Source of the DNA: Candidatus Helarchaeota archaeon
GTDB lineage: Archaea; Asgardarchaeota; Lokiarchaeia; Helarchaeales; RDOG01
Assembly (NCBI GenBank): GCA_019058315.1
Contig: JAHPZH010000001.1
Location: forward strand, 96,001-160,000
DNA length: 64,000 nucleotides
Direction: 5' to 3'
Part shown: piece by piece, positions 1 to 8,949 of the stretch
How positions within the stretch are numbered: the first letter of the stretch is position 1
Layout: each line of letters opens with the position of its first letter
Notes under the pieces: model-generated
Seen by the model: only the letters and a program-made list of their open reading frames with translations
Told to the model about the DNA's origin: nothing
Database searches by the model: none
Translations under genes and position numbers: made by a program

Positions 1-452
1 GGAGTAAAAAGCAATTGAAAACGATTGATCAAGAAGATAAAAAAGTTATACTTGGACATGGAACTTATAGCACTGTTGCAGTTTTTGCAGAAAAAGATCT
101 ACCTGTTATACATGAAAAGGCTGCTGAATTCTTAAAAATATTTGAAGATTCTTTTTCATCGAAAATAAAACAATGGGATGGTTCAACCTCAATTTTTAAA
201 GGAGTCAGTAGTATAGTTGAGAAATATTTTCCGATTTCGGCAGAAGCTAAAATTATTCAAGGCGTTGGGAAAGAACTATTATTATTAAAAGAAAGTATTA
301 ATTCGACTTCTGATCCACAAGAAGTAATTTCGTTATTACAAAAAGTTACTGGATTAGCCGAAAGATATCAAGAAATTATAAGAGAACATTTTAATAAAGA
401 ATACGGCGAAATTTTAAAGATAGCAAATCAAAAAGTAATCAAATTAGTCTAA
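1..452 (+). CDS. C-terminal part of a longin-like domain protein (truncated at window edge)
   Basis: The frame is open back to the window start. 'FLKIFEDSF..KIKQWDG...F' matches the F..KY/EF...WDG end of the longin-like domains at 46-48 kb, followed by a helical tail. Confidence 0.55.
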   Translation, partial: SKKQLKTIDQEDKKVILGHGTYSTVAVFAEKDLPVIHEKAAEFLKIFEDSFSSKIKQWDGSTSIFKGVSSIVEKYFPISAEAKIIQGVGKELLLLKESINSTSDPQEVISLLQKVTGLAERYQEIIREHFNKEYGEILKIANQKVIKLV

Positions 453-586
453 ATTCATTCTGTATGAATCTCAAAGTAATAGATTTAAGAATACATTTTT
501 TTAGCAAAAATATATCAAGATTAATTTATATTTTTTAAATGAAGAACTGGAATAAATTATTAATCATTAAGTGGAGTAGAAATAAG

Positions 587-1036
587 ATGGAAGAACTTTT
601 TAAATCTATGGAAAAAAGGATATCTAACTTAAAGAAGTTAAGTGAATTAATGGTACAAATGAAGGATATTTCTCAATTAATTAAAGGCGACATTCAAAAA
701 CTTGATGATTTCAAGGATATGATAAAAGTTAACGAGTTAGACGAATGGTCTTTTAGTTTAATAAAGAATTTGCAGGAAATTGAAAAAACACAAGCTATTG
801 AAATAGGAAAAGCCGACTTAAAACTAAGTGATTATAATTTTCTTAATTGGGAAAATGTGCGTAAAGGACTTTCCGAAAGGGGTGTAAAAGTGATTAAGGA
901 TGAACAAGTAAAGCACTTTTTTAATAATGCAATGGTCATTGCAATGCAATATTTCACATCCAAGGAAAAAGCAAGAGATAAAGCCAAAAAATTAGTTAAA
1001 GAAAGCCGAAAACAAATTAAAAAAAGAAAAAAATAA
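587..1036 (+). CDS. hypothetical protein
   Basis: ORF 539..1036; the likely start is ATG 587 after GGAG. Helical and K-rich; no family recognised. Confidence 0.55.
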   Translation: MEELFKSMEKRISNLKKLSELMVQMKDISQLIKGDIQKLDDFKDMIKVNELDEWSFSLIKNLQEIEKTQAIEIGKADLKLSDYNFLNWENVRKGLSERGVKVIKDEQVKHFFNNAMVIAMQYFTSKEKARDKAKKLVKESRKQIKKRKK

Positions 1037-1208
1037 TCCAGAAGATTTTTTAGCCAAAAAATTAATTGCAAATAAAAAAATCTAAATTTTTTTATTTTTT
1101 CTGAAGTATTTTTTCATTTCATCAATTTTTCTCAATTTTGCAAAAATCTAAAAAATAATTTTAGAAATTATTAAATGAAATTCAAATTTATTTACATGGA
1201 AGCTTAAA

Positions 1209-2963
1209 ATGTCGACTAATCAAGAGAATGCAGTTGAAGTAACGGATTTATTGAAATATTATAATCTTTCGTCTGGTGAAAGATTAACAGCATTAGATTC
1301 TATATCTTTTAATTTAAAAACTTCCGAAATCGTAGGTATAATAGGTAAATCTGGCGGAGGTAAAACTACCTTACTTAGAATATTAAGAGGGGTTGAACCT
1401 TTTAATGGAGGAAAATTCATTCTTCGTGATAAAAATGGTGAAATTATTTTAACTCCTGATTCACCTGAAAGTCTCTTCCGTGAAGCAAAAAAGAAGACAG
1501 TTATACATTTACAACGTTCCTTTGGTCTATGGGCCACAACTGCTTTAGATAATGTAATGAGAAGATTAAATGCTCTAAAGACTGACGATGAAACTGCTCC
1601 ATTACCAGAAGATTATACAAGTGAATATCAAGAGCTGAAGGAGAAAGCCCTTGAAATTTTAGATGCAGTAAAATTAAAACATAAAGCGGATCAAGTTGCT
1701 CCTGTTATGAGTGGTGGGGAAAAACAACGTCTAGTGTTAGCTCGACAATTAGCAATTGCAGGTTCCGAAAGAAATATGGGGAAAATATTGCTTCTGGATG
1801 AACCTGTTACTATGTCTGACCCATTAACTAAACAAATTTCATTAGATTATATAAAGGAATTAAGAAACAAGTATAATCTTTCTATTCTTGTAGCCAGTCA
1901 CCACCCCCAGTTATTGGAGTACTTAAGTGATAGAATAATATGGTTAGAAAAGGGTAAAATTATCAAGATAGGAGATCCAAAGGAAATTGTCAAAGGATTT
2001 TTAGATAAAATGCCTGATCCAATTCCTTTAGAACCTCTTAAATCAAAAAAACCGATAATATCAGTTAAAAATGTTTCTAGGAAATTTTATACGCCTGAAG
2101 TGTTAAAGTTAGAGTTCGATATGTCAAACATAAATTTTGAAGTTTTTGACAGTGAAATTCTGGGTATAATAGGTCCTTCTGGAATTGGAAAAACAGTATT
2201 ATTAGAATTACTTTCTGGAGTAACTTTACCAAAAGATGGCGAAGTACTTTACAATATTATTGGTAAAAACGTCAATATCGGTGTGTTAGGAGAAGAAGCA
2301 ATGATGTCAAGACGTAATATAAGTTATGTTAGACAAGAACTTTCGCTTACTCATAATGCAATAGTTAAAGATTTAGCTGCTGCTACATTAGGTCTTAAGG
2401 GAGAAAGAGCACTCTATAATGCCAGAAAAAAAGCGAAAGAACTTAATATTCGTGAAGAGATAATTGATGTTCTTCACCGGTTAAGTGATCTTCCCGATTC
2501 TGAGGTGAATATAAGATTGGAAAAACTTGGTTTAGATAAAAGTATAATTCATGATTTGTTTCCAATACCTCCATGGTCAGCTATTTCAGACATAGTAATA
2601 CCTATTTTTAACGAATTTGATCTCCCTTCAAAAATATTAGAACGTAAAACGCAAGAACTTTCTGGCGGTGAAAGTATAAGAGTTGCAATTGCATTAGCTC
2701 TGCTCTCCAGCCCAAAGGTAATTATTTTAGATGAACCATTTGGTGATTTAGATCCTAATACATTACGAAATTTAGCAAATATGATAAAAAGAGTAAATAA
2801 AATGGATGTAACCATAATAATTGTTTCTCATCATACAGAATTTCTTAAAGAAGTCACACATCGTGTTATTTATATGAAGGAAGGAAAGCTTCTTAAAATT
2901 GGAGACCCTGATGAAATTACTAAGGAATTTTTAAAGGATAGTAGTGCAGAATTCATGTATTAA
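1209..2963 (+). CDS. atwA: methyl/alkyl-CoM reductase system component A2 (AtwA)-like dual ABC ATPase
   Basis: Two ABC domains (GKSGGGKT/MSGGEKQR/LLLDEP and GPSGIGKT/LSGGESIR/IILDEP), A2-type 'HLQRSFGLW', no TM segments and no adjacent permease. Confidence 0.75.
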   Translation: MSTNQENAVEVTDLLKYYNLSSGERLTALDSISFNLKTSEIVGIIGKSGGGKTTLLRILRGVEPFNGGKFILRDKNGEIILTPDSPESLFREAKKKTVIHLQRSFGLWATTALDNVMRRLNALKTDDETAPLPEDYTSEYQELKEKALEILDAVKLKHKADQVAPVMSGGEKQRLVLARQLAIAGSERNMGKILLLDEPVTMSDPLTKQISLDYIKELRNKYNLSILVASHHPQLLEYLSDRIIWLEKGKIIKIGDPKEIVKGFLDKMPDPIPLEPLKSKKPIISVKNVSRKFYTPEVLKLEFDMSNINFEVFDSEILGIIGPSGIGKTVLLELLSGVTLPKDGEVLYNIIGKNVNIGVLGEEAMMSRRNISYVRQELSLTHNAIVKDLAAATLGLKGERALYNARKKAKELNIREEIIDVLHRLSDLPDSEVNIRLEKLGLDKSIIHDLFPIPPWSAISDIVIPIFNEFDLPSKILERKTQELSGGESIRVAIALALLSSPKVIILDEPFGDLDPNTLRNLANMIKRVNKMDVTIIIVSHHTEFLKEVTHRVIYMKEGKLLKIGDPDEITKEFLKDSSAEFMY

Positions 2964-2974
2964 GAGGGAAAATA

Positions 2975-4246
2975 ATGTCGAAGCTTACTCCAGAACAACA
3001 AAAAAAATATGATAAAGCTCTAAAATTATATGCCAAAGCAGAGAAAATGATTGCAAAACAGAAATTTGATAAAGCAAAAGATAACTTCAAAAAAGCGATT
3101 AATGAATTCTATTCAATGCAGGCATATGCACAAGCCCAGAAAATTATTAATAAATTTGTAGAATCCGCTTTAATAGAAAAAGAATATCAAGAAGCCGCTG
3201 TTGCCTTGTATCAAGCTGCAAATATCGCCTTAATTGAAAATAAGGTCAAAAAAGCACTAGAAAATTATAAATCATCAATTAATTTTTTTATAGAACAATC
3301 AGGATTTAGCAAGAAAAATGAAGATATAAAATATAACGCTTTATGCCTTTCTCCTCTTTGTGAAGCCGCATTAGGTAAATTTGAGTATGCAATTGATTAT
3401 TTTAAAACAAACCTTAATCAAATTCCTCGCCGATTTAGAATCAAACTCCCAATTGTTGATTTTTGCACTTCAATTTTTAATACGCTTATTACTAAAAAGA
3501 TTGAAAATCTAAATAATTCTAAAACAATTTTAAAAGATTTAAAGTTACTAGAAGGCGAAACAATATTACTCGAAAATCTCATAAGTATTGCTGAACTTTA
3601 TGTAAAAACTAAAATCGAATCTCGTCTAAATAAAGAAAAAATAGAAGCAGGGGATAGTTTTTCTTTAAATATTTCATTAAACTCGCCTGAAAATATAGAA
3701 ATTCTTAAATATTATTTGGATTATGACACACAACGATTAGAATTAACTAATGTACCAAAAATTTCTGAGAATAAACCTATTGAATTTATATTCGATGCTA
3801 AAGTTCAAGGGAAGGCAAAATTTGGACCTCTTTTATTAACATGTAAGGCAAAAGAAATAGAGTTTCCTTTTAAATATCAAAGCATTTTAAACATATTACC
3901 AGGGAGACCAAGACTTCAAATAGATGCTCAAAGTGAGATAAATATATTCGAGGGTGATGCCTTTGATTTTGATTTCGAAATAACAAATAGAGGTAAAGGA
4001 GAGGCTATTAATTTAGCTGTAACACTTGAGGTTCCCGAAGAAATTATGATCATAGCAGGCACTAAAGAAAAAAAACTTTATTCCCTAAATTCTCAAGAAA
4101 ATTATATTTTCACATTTCCTCTACAAGCCATAAAGAGCGGAGCTTATGAAGGAAAAATCCTTATTAGTTTTGAAATTCCTCGAGGTATTTCTAGTAAGCC
4201 GGAAGAGATAGAGGAAGTAAAAACAATTAATTTTAAAGTTACTTAA
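2975..4246 (+). CDS. TPR/SNAP-like helical repeat protein with C-terminal Ig-like (CARDB/BatD-type) domains
   Basis: The N-terminal half has A/Y-patterned helical repeats (EYQEAAVALYQAAN...ALENY). The C-terminal half has 'ITNRGKGEAINLAVTLEVPE' beta-sandwich motifs. No signal peptide. Confidence 0.55.
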   Translation: MSKLTPEQQKKYDKALKLYAKAEKMIAKQKFDKAKDNFKKAINEFYSMQAYAQAQKIINKFVESALIEKEYQEAAVALYQAANIALIENKVKKALENYKSSINFFIEQSGFSKKNEDIKYNALCLSPLCEAALGKFEYAIDYFKTNLNQIPRRFRIKLPIVDFCTSIFNTLITKKIENLNNSKTILKDLKLLEGETILLENLISIAELYVKTKIESRLNKEKIEAGDSFSLNISLNSPENIEILKYYLDYDTQRLELTNVPKISENKPIEFIFDAKVQGKAKFGPLLLTCKAKEIEFPFKYQSILNILPGRPRLQIDAQSEINIFEGDAFDFDFEITNRGKGEAINLAVTLEVPEEIMIIAGTKEKKLYSLNSQENYIFTFPLQAIKSGAYEGKILISFEIPRGISSKPEEIEEVKTINFKVT

Positions 4247-4307
4247 TAAAAAATAATATTATTATCATAATTTATTTTTAAAAATAACTCAATAATTTGT
4301 TTATAAG

Positions 4308-4841
4308 TTATAAAGCGAGCCCGAATTCATAAGCGTTTTTTAATTCTTTTTGATTATTTTTAATCTCTCCCCTCTCATAAGCAGATGCTAGTATCTTACC
4401 TGCAAATTCCATCCCCAAATAATCAAAAGACATTTTAAACATCTCAATTAATGGTCCACAAGCTTTTGGTCCTTCTTCTGATGGGGAAACAATAACTCCT
4501 TTTTTATTCTTTAATTTCTTAGTTTCAATAAACGGTCGCATTCTATCAATTAAAAGCTTCATCTGTCCAGTTGGGCCGTACCAATATATTGGAGTCCCAA
4601 AGATTATTAGATCGGCATTTTCCATCTTCGAATAAATTTCATGCATCATATCTTCTATAGTACAAATGAATAATCCTCTTTTACAATTACGACAATCGAT
4701 ACATGGAAGAATTTCATAATCATATAAGTAAATTTTTTCACTTATATGTCCATTCTCTTTAGCCCCCTCTAATATTTTTTCAACTAATATATCCGTATTG
4801 CTCCCTTTCCTAGGGCTTCCAATTAAAGCTAAAATCTTCAT
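4308..4841 (-). CDS. iron-sulfur flavoprotein (Isf)/NADPH-dependent FMN reductase family
   Basis: GSPRKGSNT FMN loop, C-x2-C-x2-C-x6-C (CIDCRNC...C), FGTPIYW, KLLIDR. Confidence 0.88.
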   Translation of the reverse strand: MKILALIGSPRKGSNTDILVEKILEGAKENGHISEKIYLYDYEILPCIDCRNCKRGLFICTIEDMMHEIYSKMENADLIIFGTPIYWYGPTGQMKLLIDRMRPFIETKKLKNKKGVIVSPSEEGPKACGPLIEMFKMSFDYLGMEFAGKILASAYERGEIKNNQKELKNAYEFGLAL

Positions 4842-4872
4842 AGTCAATCATTAAAATAGAGGGAAAATTTAA

Positions 4873-5565
4873 TCATACCTTTAAATCAAAAAACAAGTCA
4901 ATTCCATATTTATCATAAAGCTCATCAATCAGGTAAATCAATGGGTTTAAATGACTTTTATAACGATCCCAAACAAGATGAGTTGTTTTTTCTCTTCTTT
5001 GTGCAAAATGTAAGAATCCCTCGCTATCAAAACATGGATCTTTTGGTCGGGGCGTTACTTGAATCGTAGGAGGAACATCTGGATATTCTGCATTGAATAA
5101 AATTTTCGAAACTCTTACCACACCATCTCTCCATTTAGATGATACATAAATACCCTTTTCCGGGCGTTTTTTATCTATGTATTTCCATTCACTACCGTTT
5201 ATTTCCACTATGTATTTTAGATGGGTTTTAAACAACTCAGTTCCACTTTTAATTTTACTAGAAATACTCCCACCTATGGGTTCCGGAATCCAGTATATCT
5301 TATCTGTGTCTTGTGCTATTTCCCCTATCGTGTTGCGAAGAGATATTGGTACTTTTCGACCTTGTGTAATATAGTAAAGTTTTATTGTTAGCATGTTAAT
5401 TCCGACGTTTCTAACATTGCCATATCCTAAATTTAAAACGTCTAAGATTCGATCATTATATTTCCATAATAATCTACTGGCAACATCCCTGATAATCTCA
5501 TCTTCTTGAGATTCAACATAATCTGTGGTCCCAATAAGTGGATTAACCCAAGTTATTTCTTTCAA
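4873..5565 (-). CDS. ubiquitin-like domain (ending PEPIGG, aa 99) fused to an E2/UBC-fold domain
   Basis: aa 1-99 align with the ORF at 6522 (DKIYWxPEPIGG). The C-terminal part has UBC-like 'ILFNAEYPDVPP' and aligns with the ORF at 6870. Confidence 0.7.
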   Translation of the reverse strand: MKEITWVNPLIGTTDYVESQEDEIIRDVASRLLWKYNDRILDVLNLGYGNVRNVGINMLTIKLYYITQGRKVPISLRNTIGEIAQDTDKIYWIPEPIGGSISSKIKSGTELFKTHLKYIVEINGSEWKYIDKKRPEKGIYVSSKWRDGVVRVSKILFNAEYPDVPPTIQVTPRPKDPCFDSEGFLHFAQRREKTTHLVWDRYKSHLNPLIYLIDELYDKYGIDLFFDLKV

Positions 5566-5640
5566 TGTGTTTCCGTCTTTAATTTATTATCAATTATTTA
5601 GAAATTAAAATTAATATTTATAAATTAGGTTTTTAATTTG

Positions 5641-6405
5641 ATGAAAAGATTTTTCTTTGGTCCTGTTCTTTCTCGTAGATTGGGTTTTTCTTTAGGGATT
5701 GATATATTACCCGATAAAAAGACTTGTACTTTTGACTGTCTTTACTGTGAAATAGGAAAAACTCGACGAGTTACCTCCCCAAAAACCCGTTCTCCTTTCC
5801 TAATAGAAAATAAAAAGAATTTTGAATTACAATTAAGAAATATCTTATCTCAAGATATATTAATCGATACATTAACATTTGCAGGATATTCGGGTGAGGC
5901 AACATTAAATAGTGAATTAAATACATTTTTAAACATTACAAAATCTGTAAGATCTGACCTGCATAAAGAAAATATCCCAATATCCATTTTGACTAATTCC
6001 TCAACAATTAATTTTCCTGAAATTAGAAAAATATTAATGAATTTTGATAATATAGTTGCGAAATTAGATGTTGGAAATCAAGCTTCTTTTATGAAGGTGA
6101 ATCGTCCACATTTTTTAGTTCCACAAATTTCTGATATTATAAATGGTTTAAAGCAATTAAGGGAGGAGCTTGATAAGAATCGACTCGTTATTCAGACTCT
6201 TTTGTTTAGTGAAAATAATGATAGAAAAAACATTGATTCATTAATTGAAGCTTACAATATTATCAATCCAAATAAAATTCAACTTTACTCGATTGCCCGT
6301 CCACCCGCATATGCCGTAAAAAAAATAGATGGGCTTCAATTGGAACAGATAAAAAAGAATATGCAAGATGTATTAAAAACCAATATTAAAATTGAAACTT
6401 ATTAA
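5641..6405 (+). CDS. radical SAM Fe-S oxidoreductase (COG0731-like)
   Basis: FGPVLSRRLGFSLGIDI N-terminus, CTFDCLYC motif, LTNSS, AKLD. Confidence 0.85.
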   Translation: MKRFFFGPVLSRRLGFSLGIDILPDKKTCTFDCLYCEIGKTRRVTSPKTRSPFLIENKKNFELQLRNILSQDILIDTLTFAGYSGEATLNSELNTFLNITKSVRSDLHKENIPISILTNSSTINFPEIRKILMNFDNIVAKLDVGNQASFMKVNRPHFLVPQISDIINGLKQLREELDKNRLVIQTLLFSENNDRKNIDSLIEAYNIINPNKIQLYSIARPPAYAVKKIDGLQLEQIKKNMQDVLKTNIKIETY

Positions 6406-6521
6406 AAAGATATTTGTAGTATTGATTTTAAAATTTCATTAAACAAGAAAAACCAGAAAAATAAAAAAACATAATTTCTTTTATCCATTAATAAATTAAC
6501 TTATATTATGGTGCAAAATAG

Positions 6522-6830
6522 ATGCCAGAAATGACATATGTCTGCCCGCAAATAGGTAGTACAGATTATTTAGATTATGAAGAAGATACGACCTTCGAAG
6601 ATCAAATAAATGAACTAAAAGAGAAATATTTACGAGATATTCTTGATTACGTTCAGCAATTTCGAAATATACGTCAAAATATAGGATTAGATCAAATTAC
6701 TGTAAAGATACACTATATTGATGCTGAAGGTATCAAACAAACAATTGGACTTAAAACTTACGTTAAGGCAATGGCTGAACGTCATATTGATAAGATATAT
6801 TGGGAACCCGAACCCATTGGAGGGCATTAA
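6522..6830 (+). CDS. ubiquitin-like (beta-grasp) modifier precursor ending in GG-H
   Basis: 102 aa, C-terminus YWEPEPIGGH*. Paralogous to the N-terminus of 4873..5565, and near E2, JAB and E1 genes. Confidence 0.7.
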   Translation: MPEMTYVCPQIGSTDYLDYEEDTTFEDQINELKEKYLRDILDYVQQFRNIRQNIGLDQITVKIHYIDAEGIKQTIGLKTYVKAMAERHIDKIYWEPEPIGGH

Positions 6831-6869
6831 ACCAAACTTTTAATATAAGGGTATATCTAGAGGAAAAAA

Positions 6870-7232
6870 ATGCAGCAAACTTCTAAACAAATCTTTGCAA
6901 GTCATATTTACGATTTGACAGTTCGACCCGGTTATTATCGCTCTACATGGAAACTAATTAATAAAAAAATACCCTTAAAAGGAGCTTTCGGTCATTTTAT
7001 GGGCAAGGATTTTCGAGTAATTGTAATAAAAATCTTATTTAATTCAAAATATCCCGAAAATCCTCCAAAAATTATTAGCACTCCTCCTATCCGCGATGTT
7101 TGTTGGGATAATAAGGGTGTGTTACATTGGGCTAGATACGGGGGAGAGTTTGTATGGAGTAAATATAAAGATCACTCCAATCCATTAATTTATGTCGCAG
7201 ATGAAATTACTGAAAAATATAAAACCATGTAA
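6870..7232 (+). CDS. E2/UBC-fold protein with non-canonical active site
   Basis: 'IKILFNSKYPENPPKI' UBC signature, DVCWDNKGVLH in the HPN...C position, W..Y...NPL followed by a terminal helix. Has its own GAGG SD. Confidence 0.7.
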   Translation: MQQTSKQIFASHIYDLTVRPGYYRSTWKLINKKIPLKGAFGHFMGKDFRVIVIKILFNSKYPENPPKIISTPPIRDVCWDNKGVLHWARYGGEFVWSKYKDHSNPLIYVADEITEKYKTM

Positions 7233-7256
7233 AAAAAAAATTGATTTTTAGATCTA

Positions 7257-8834
7257 TTACTTTTTAATTATTATTGCCACTAACACTAGAATTACTATCG
7301 CCATAGCACCAATTATTATCAAGAGAATAAGAGGATCAATTGGAAAACCCGCACCTGTCGGTATAGGTATAAAATTATCCATAGGTTCTGTAGACACTAA
7401 TGAAACTTTTTGTGCATATATATCATAATCACTTAAGCTTCTATTATCCTGCCACGTTATGATAGCAACTCCAGAACTAACGTAAATAATCTCATGATTT
7501 TCTTGCAAACCATATTCTGTACATACTGGCAGACCCTTACCAACATATTGCAAAATACCATTTTTATCGAGCATTTGTGCATAGATTGATCCATTAGCAT
7601 CTTCTTCTTTATCTATCCAAGAGATAAATGAATTTCCTGAGGAGTCGCAGCAAATCCTAGACTGTTGTTGATCACTGGGTGAAGTACAAACAGGGGTACC
7701 ATTATTTCTCCATAATGTGGTGCCTATTGGGTTAATTTTTTGAGTATAGATATCCTCCTCATAAATATTTCGTAAATCCTGCCATGTAATAATTGCATTT
7801 CCCTCACTATCACAGCAAATTTTTGGATAGAATTGGCTATATTCTGCTGTACAAATTGGTGTGCCATTGAGAGTCCAATAAACAGTACCAGTTGAGTCGA
7901 TTTTTTGTGCATATATATCTGTATATGTACCGTTTCTATTATCCACCCAAGTGATAATTGCATTACCAGAACTATCACAGCAAATATCAGGCCAATATTG
8001 ACTGTCAGTTGCATTACAAATTACAGTACCATTGTCTTGCAATTGTGAATGACCTGTAGAATTAATAAATTGACAATAGATATCGTTATCTGATGTTGTC
8101 ATATTTCTATAGTCTTGCCAAGTAATAATTGCGTTTCCTGCACCATAAACACTAATTTTTGGAAATGTTTGGATGTTTATAGCATTGCAAATTATTTTTC
8201 CGTTAGTTGTCCATTGGACAACTCCACTCGAATTAATTCTCTGGGCATGGATATTAGATGTTGCAAATTCATCATTTATCCATGTAAGAATCGCACCGCC
8301 TAAATTATCGCTGCAAATTTCTATCCTTGATTCATCATTAGGCAAACCAGTAATTTGCACACCGTTGGCAGTCCATTGCGTAATCCCGTTTGCGTCCACT
8401 CTTTGAGCTTTAATATTTTGAGTATCTTCCCATGCGATGATTGCCCCCCCAGAACCATCAGAACATATCTGGGGAAGAGTTTGAGAACCAGGAGAGTTAC
8501 AAATTAATGTGCCGTTAACATCCCATAATGGATTCCCATTTGAATCGATTCTTTGAACATAAATACTAGAAATGTCTCTGGAATCCGCCCAAGTAATAAT
8601 TGCACCACCAGTTCCATCACTGCATATTTCAGGATTATATTGGTCTTGTGGCGTTTGTACACATACAGGTGTACCATTAGCTGCCCATTGCGTACTTAAA
8701 CCATTAGCCTTGAGTTTAGATTTCTCATCAATTTTTAAAAGTAAGACATTTTGATTGCTAAACCCTGTATATGAATTTATAGCTAAAATGGAAAACATCA
8801 AGATTGGGATTAAAATTAAAAACCTTTTCTTCAT
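7257..8834 (-). CDS. membrane-anchored secreted beta-propeller repeat protein
   Basis: N-terminal signal-like segment, eight ~55-60 aa repeats (P.ICxDxxG.AIITW.D...DIYAQK), C-terminal TM helix followed by KK. Confidence 0.75.
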   Translation of the reverse strand: MKKRFLILIPILMFSILAINSYTGFSNQNVLLLKIDEKSKLKANGLSTQWAANGTPVCVQTPQDQYNPEICSDGTGGAIITWADSRDISSIYVQRIDSNGNPLWDVNGTLICNSPGSQTLPQICSDGSGGAIIAWEDTQNIKAQRVDANGITQWTANGVQITGLPNDESRIEICSDNLGGAILTWINDEFATSNIHAQRINSSGVVQWTTNGKIICNAINIQTFPKISVYGAGNAIITWQDYRNMTTSDNDIYCQFINSTGHSQLQDNGTVICNATDSQYWPDICCDSSGNAIITWVDNRNGTYTDIYAQKIDSTGTVYWTLNGTPICTAEYSQFYPKICCDSEGNAIITWQDLRNIYEEDIYTQKINPIGTTLWRNNGTPVCTSPSDQQQSRICCDSSGNSFISWIDKEEDANGSIYAQMLDKNGILQYVGKGLPVCTEYGLQENHEIIYVSSGVAIITWQDNRSLSDYDIYAQKVSLVSTEPMDNFIPIPTGAGFPIDPLILLIIIGAMAIVILVLVAIIIKK

Positions 8835-8949
8835 TTTTAACAAATCCAATTTTTATTAAAATATATCAAATATACTGAGGTTATAACATATAAATTGGAG
8901 TAATAGTTCATAGAGAAATAGAATAATTAAGTTAGAAAGTCGTGTAGAA

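Noticed and set aside
6828-6872. Stop-codon readthrough joining Ubl (6522) to the in-frame E2 (6870)
   Set aside because: Three in-frame stops (TAA, TAA, TAG) and a separate GAGG SD show these are genuinely separate genes.
7257-8849. Propeller protein as a substrate receptor of the Ubl system
   Set aside because: It has a signal peptide and C-terminal TM (extracellular) and lies on the opposite strand; probably an unrelated insertion.
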